From: Eledone cirrhosa
Taxonomy: Eukaryota
DNA: 64,000 nucleotides
Direction: 5' to 3'
NCBI GenBank assembly: GCA_964016885.1
Contig: OZ024757.1
Span: 10,044,001 to 10,108,000, forward strand
In this document: in pieces, positions 61,201 through 64,000 of the stretch
Layout: every line of letters starts with the position of its first letter
Numbering within the stretch: the first letter of the stretch is position 1
The notes under the pieces: generated by a model
Databases searched by the model: none
Told to the model about the DNA's origin: nothing
The model's input: the letters and a program-made list of their open reading frames with translations, nothing else
Translations under genes and position numbers: made by a program

Positions 61201-64000
61201 GGGGTAAGTTAAGTTAGGGGTAATTTAAGTTGGGATTAAGTTAAGTTGGGGTTAAGTTAAGTTGGGGTTAAGGTAAGTTGGGGTTAAGTTAAGTTGGGGT
61301 TAAGTTAAGTTGGGGTTAAGTTAAGTTGGGTTTAAGTTAAGTTGGGATTAAATCAAGTTGGGGTTAAGTCAAGTTGGGGTTAAGTCAAGTTGGGGTTAAT
61401 TCAAGTTGGGGTTAAGTCATGTTGGGATTAAGTCAAGTTGGGGTTAAGTCAAGTTGGGGTTAAGTTAAGTTGGGGTTAAGTTAAGTTGGGGTTAAGTTAA
61501 GTTGGGTTTAAGTTAAGTTGGGGTTAAGTTAAGTAGGGGTTAAGTTAAGTTGGGGTTAAGTTGGGGTTAAGTTAAGTTGGGGTTAAGTTAAGTTGGGGTT
61601 AATTAAGTTGGGGGTAAGTTAAGTTAGGGGTAAGTTAAGTTGGGGTTAATTTAAGTTGGGGTTAAGTTAAGTTGGGGTTAAGTTAAGTTGGGGTTAAGTT
61701 AAGTTGGGGTTAATTTAAGTTGGGGTTAAGTTAAGTTGGGGTTAAGGTAAGTTGGGGTTAAGTTAAGTTGGGGTTAAGTTAAGTTGGGGTTACGTTAAGT
61801 TGGGGTTAAGTTAAGTTGGGGTTAAGTTAAGTTGGGATTAAGTCAAGTTGGTGTTAAGTCAAGTTGGGGTTAAGTCAAGTTGGGGTTAAGTCAAGTTGGG
61901 GTTAAGTCAAGTTTGGGTTAAGTTAAGTTGGGGTTAAGTTAAGTGGGGGTTAAGTTAACTTGGGGTTAAGTTAAGTTGGGGCTAATTTAAGTTGGTGTTA
62001 ATTTAAGTTGGGGTTAAGTTAAGTTGGGGTTAAGTTAAGTTGGGGTTAAATTAAGCTGGGGTTAACTTAAGTAGGGGTTAAGTTAAGTTGGGTTAAGTTG
62101 GGATTAACTTAAGTTTGGGTTAAGTTAAGTTGGGGTTAAGTTAAGTTCGGATTGAGTCAAGTGTGGGGTTAAGTCAAGTTGGGGTTAAGTCAAGTTGGGT
62201 TTAAGTTAAGTTGGGGTTAAGTTAAGTTGGGGTTAAGTTAAGTTGGTGTTAAGTTAAGTTGGGGTTAAGTTAAGTTGGGGTTAAGTTAATATGGGGTTAA
62301 GTTAAGTTGGGGTTAAGTTAAGTTGGGGTTAAGTCAAGTTGGGGTTAAGTCAAGTTGGGGTTAAGTTAAGTTGGGGTTAAGTTAAGTTGGGGTTAAGTTA
62401 AGTTGGGGGTAAGTTAATTAAGTCGGGGGTAATTTAAGTTGGGGGTAAGTTAAGCTGGGGTTAAGTTAAATTGGGGTTAAGTTAAGTTGGGGTTAAGTTA
62501 AGTAGGGGTTAAGTTAAGTTGGGGTTAAGTTGGGGTTAAGTTAAGTTGGGGTTAAGTTAAGTTGGGGTTAAGTTAAGTTGGGGGTAAGTTAAGTTGGGAT
62601 TAAGTCAAGTTGGGGTTAAGTCAAGTTGGGGTTAAGTCAAGTTGGGGTTAATTCAAGTTGGGGTTAAGTCAAGTTGGGATTAAGTCAAGTTGGGGTTAAG
62701 TCAAGTTGGGGTTAAGTTAAGTTGGGGTTAAGTTAAGTTGGGGTTAAGTTAAGTTGGGTTTAAGTTAAGTTGGGGTTAAGTTAAGTAGGGGTTAAGTTAA
62801 GTTGGGGTTAAGTTGGGGTTAAGTTAAGTTGGGGTTAAGTTAAGTTGGGTTAAGTTAAGTTGGGGTTAATTAAGTTGGGGGTAAGTTAAGTTAGGGGTAA
62901 GTTAAGTTGGGGTTAATTTAAGTTGGGGTTAAGTTAAGTTGGGGATAAGTTAAGTTGGGGTTAATTTAAGTTGGGGTTAAGTTATGTTGGGGTTAAGGTA
63001 AGTTGGGGTTAAGTTAAGTTGGGGTTAAGTTAAGTTGGGGTTACGTTAAGTTGGGGTTAAGTTAAGTTGGGGTTAAGTTAAGTTGGGATTAAGTCAAGTT
63101 GGGGTTAATCAAGTTGGGGTTAAGTCAAGTTGGGGTTAAGTCAAGTTTGGGTTAAGTTAAGTTGGGGTTAAGTTAAGTTGGGGTTAAGTTAATTTAGGGG
63201 TAATTTAAGTTGGGGTTAGGTTAAGTTGGGGTTAAGGTAAGTTGGGGTTAAGTTAAGTTGGGGTTAAGTTAAGTTGGGGGTAAGTTAAGTTAGGGGTAAG
63301 TCAAGTTGGGGTTAAATCAAGTTGGGTTTAAGTTAAGTTGGGGTTCAGTTAAGTTGGGGCTAAGTTAAGTTGGGGTTAAGTTGGGGTTAAGTAAAGTTGG
63401 GGTTAAGTTAAGTTGGGGTTAAGTTAAGTTGGGGTTAAGTTAAGTTGGGGTTAAGTTAAGTTGGGGGTAAGTTAAGTTGGGATTAAGTCAAGTTGGGGTT
63501 AAGTCAAGTTGGGGTTAAGTCAAGTTGGGGTTAATTCAAGTTGGGGTTAAGTCAAGTTGGGATTAAGTCAAGTTGGGGTTAAGTCAAGTTGGCTTAAGTT
63601 AAGTTGGGGTTAAGTTAAGTTGGGGTTAAGTTAAGTTGGGTTTAAGTTAAGTTGGGGTTAAGTTAAGTAGGGGTTAAGTTAAGTTGGGGTTAAGTTGGGG
63701 TTAAGTTAAGTTGGGGTTAAGTTAAGTTGGGTTAAGTTAAGTTGGGGTTAATTAAGTTGGGGGTAAGTTAAGTTAGGGGTAAGTTAAGTTGGGGTTAATT
63801 TAAGTTGGGGTTAAGTTAAGTTGGGGATAAGTTAAGTTGGGGTTAATTTAAGTTGGGGTTAAGTTATGTTGGGGTTAAGGTAAGTTGGGGTTAAGTTAAG
63901 TTGGGGTTAAGTTAAGTTGGGGTTACGTTAAGTTGGGGTTAAGTTAAGTTGGGGTTAAGTTAAGTTGGGATTAAGTCAAGTTGGGGTTAATCAAGTTGGG
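46216..64000 (+). repeat. Direct repeat pair at 12,082-bp offset (~46.22-51.92 kb and ~58.30-64.0 kb; second copy runs off the window)
   Basis: Identical offset of 12,082 for seven rare markers: AACTCAAG 46277/58359, GTTCGGG 46636/58718, TTCACG 47084/59166, TTAATAAAG 48605/60687, AAGATGG 48870/60952, TTCGGATTGAG 50064/62146 and TTGGCTT 51511/63593. Confidence 0.92.
48240..58005 (+). repeat. ~4.2-kb direct repeat pair at 5,585/5,586-bp offset (~48.24-52.42 kb and ~53.83-58.0 kb)
   Basis: Offset 5,585 for 48605/54190, 48870/54455 and 50064/55649. Offset 5,586 for AAGGTAAGTTGGGGCT 52235/57821, explained by the 1-bp-shorter GGC variant at 51511, which the second copy lacks. Confidence 0.88.

Larger units (their letters stand above)
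407..62168 (+). repeat. Recurrent diagnostic variant monomer TTCGGATTGAGTCAAGTGTGGGG (22 copies) marking a higher-order module
   Basis: Starts at 407, 1910, 6010, 7464, 9058, 10512, 13425, 14874, 19041, 21954, 23403, 27303, 28752, 34356, 35805, 37746, 43939, 45329, 50064, 53364, 55649 and 62146. Each is preceded by the GGGATTAACTTAAGTTTGGG variant. Spacings of 1,449/1,454 and 2,913 recur. Confidence 0.93.
1..64000 (+). repeat. 16-bp tandem satellite (GGGGTTAAGTTAAGTT)n, telomere-like, G-rich strand on +, extends beyond both window ends
   Basis: Every line consists of the 16-mer or a close variant. Substitution variants include GTCAAG, GGGATT, GGTGTT, TAGGGG, AAGGTA and TTACGT. Length variants include 11 bp GGGGTTAAGTT, 10 bp GGGTTAAGTT, 15 bp GGGGTTAATCAAGTT, 17 bp CGGATTGAGTCAAGTGT and 20 bp GGGGGTAAGTTAATTAAGTC. 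No reverse-orientation (CCCC-containing) monomers or non-repeat sequence seen. Confidence 0.99.

Noticed and set aside
1-64000. Protein-coding ORFs on either strand
   Set aside because: TTAA is palindromic and occurs twice per 16-mer. Because 16 is not a multiple of 3, TAA stops recur every few codons in all six frames. The few ATGs (e.g. TTATGTT, TCATGTT, AATATGG) are followed shortly by stops.
1-64000. CRISPR array or iteron/origin repeats
   Set aside because: No unique spacers between repeats and no cas or rep genes; the monomers are contiguous.
1-64000. Canonical telomerase-synthesised telomere tract (TTAGGG, TTAGG or TTGGGG)n
   Set aside because: None of these motifs occurs as a pure tandem run. 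TTAGGG appears only as isolated variant monomers, and variant order is copied over kilobases, which telomerase addition would not produce.
1-64000. Sequencing artefact (rolling-circle concatemer or basecaller low-complexity output)
   Set aside because: Rare variants recur at exact constant offsets with several different nested periods, rather than one period with random errors. Mis-assembly of the copy number of individual large blocks is still possible.
1-64000. Variant monomers as an encoded message or programmed diversity cassette system
   Set aside because: The order of variants is adequately explained by nested duplications and deletions of a few modules. There is no recombinase, reverse transcriptase, expression site or other evidence of programmed variation in the window.

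Overview
The whole 64 kb window is one uninterrupted, single-orientation tandem satellite. The consensus monomer is 16 bp, GGGGTTAAGTTAAGTT (about 4,000 copies; 6 G, 6 T, 4 A, 0 C on the + strand), which can be read as TTAAG-TTAAG-TTGGGG. I found no genes, RNA genes, transposons, CRISPR array or unique sequence. TTAA occurs twice per monomer, so TAA stops fall in all six frames. The information lies in diagnostic variant monomers, which I tracked by eye. They reveal a nested higher-order structure: a 187 bp doublet, 883/1,070 bp units, ~1,450 bp units, a ~5.35 kb unit, and near-identical multi-kb duplications at offsets of 1,941, 5,585, 8,529/8,513, 9,058-9,074 and 12,082 bp. A central domain (~11.5-39.8 kb) carries variants I did not see in either flank. 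The motif is telomere-like (G-rich, strand-asymmetric), but the fixed-variant blocks imply recombinational amplification rather than direct telomerase synthesis. I cannot support a novel protein-coding system here. Offsets were counted by hand from marker positions, block boundaries are approximate (a few monomers either way), and the organism is unknown.
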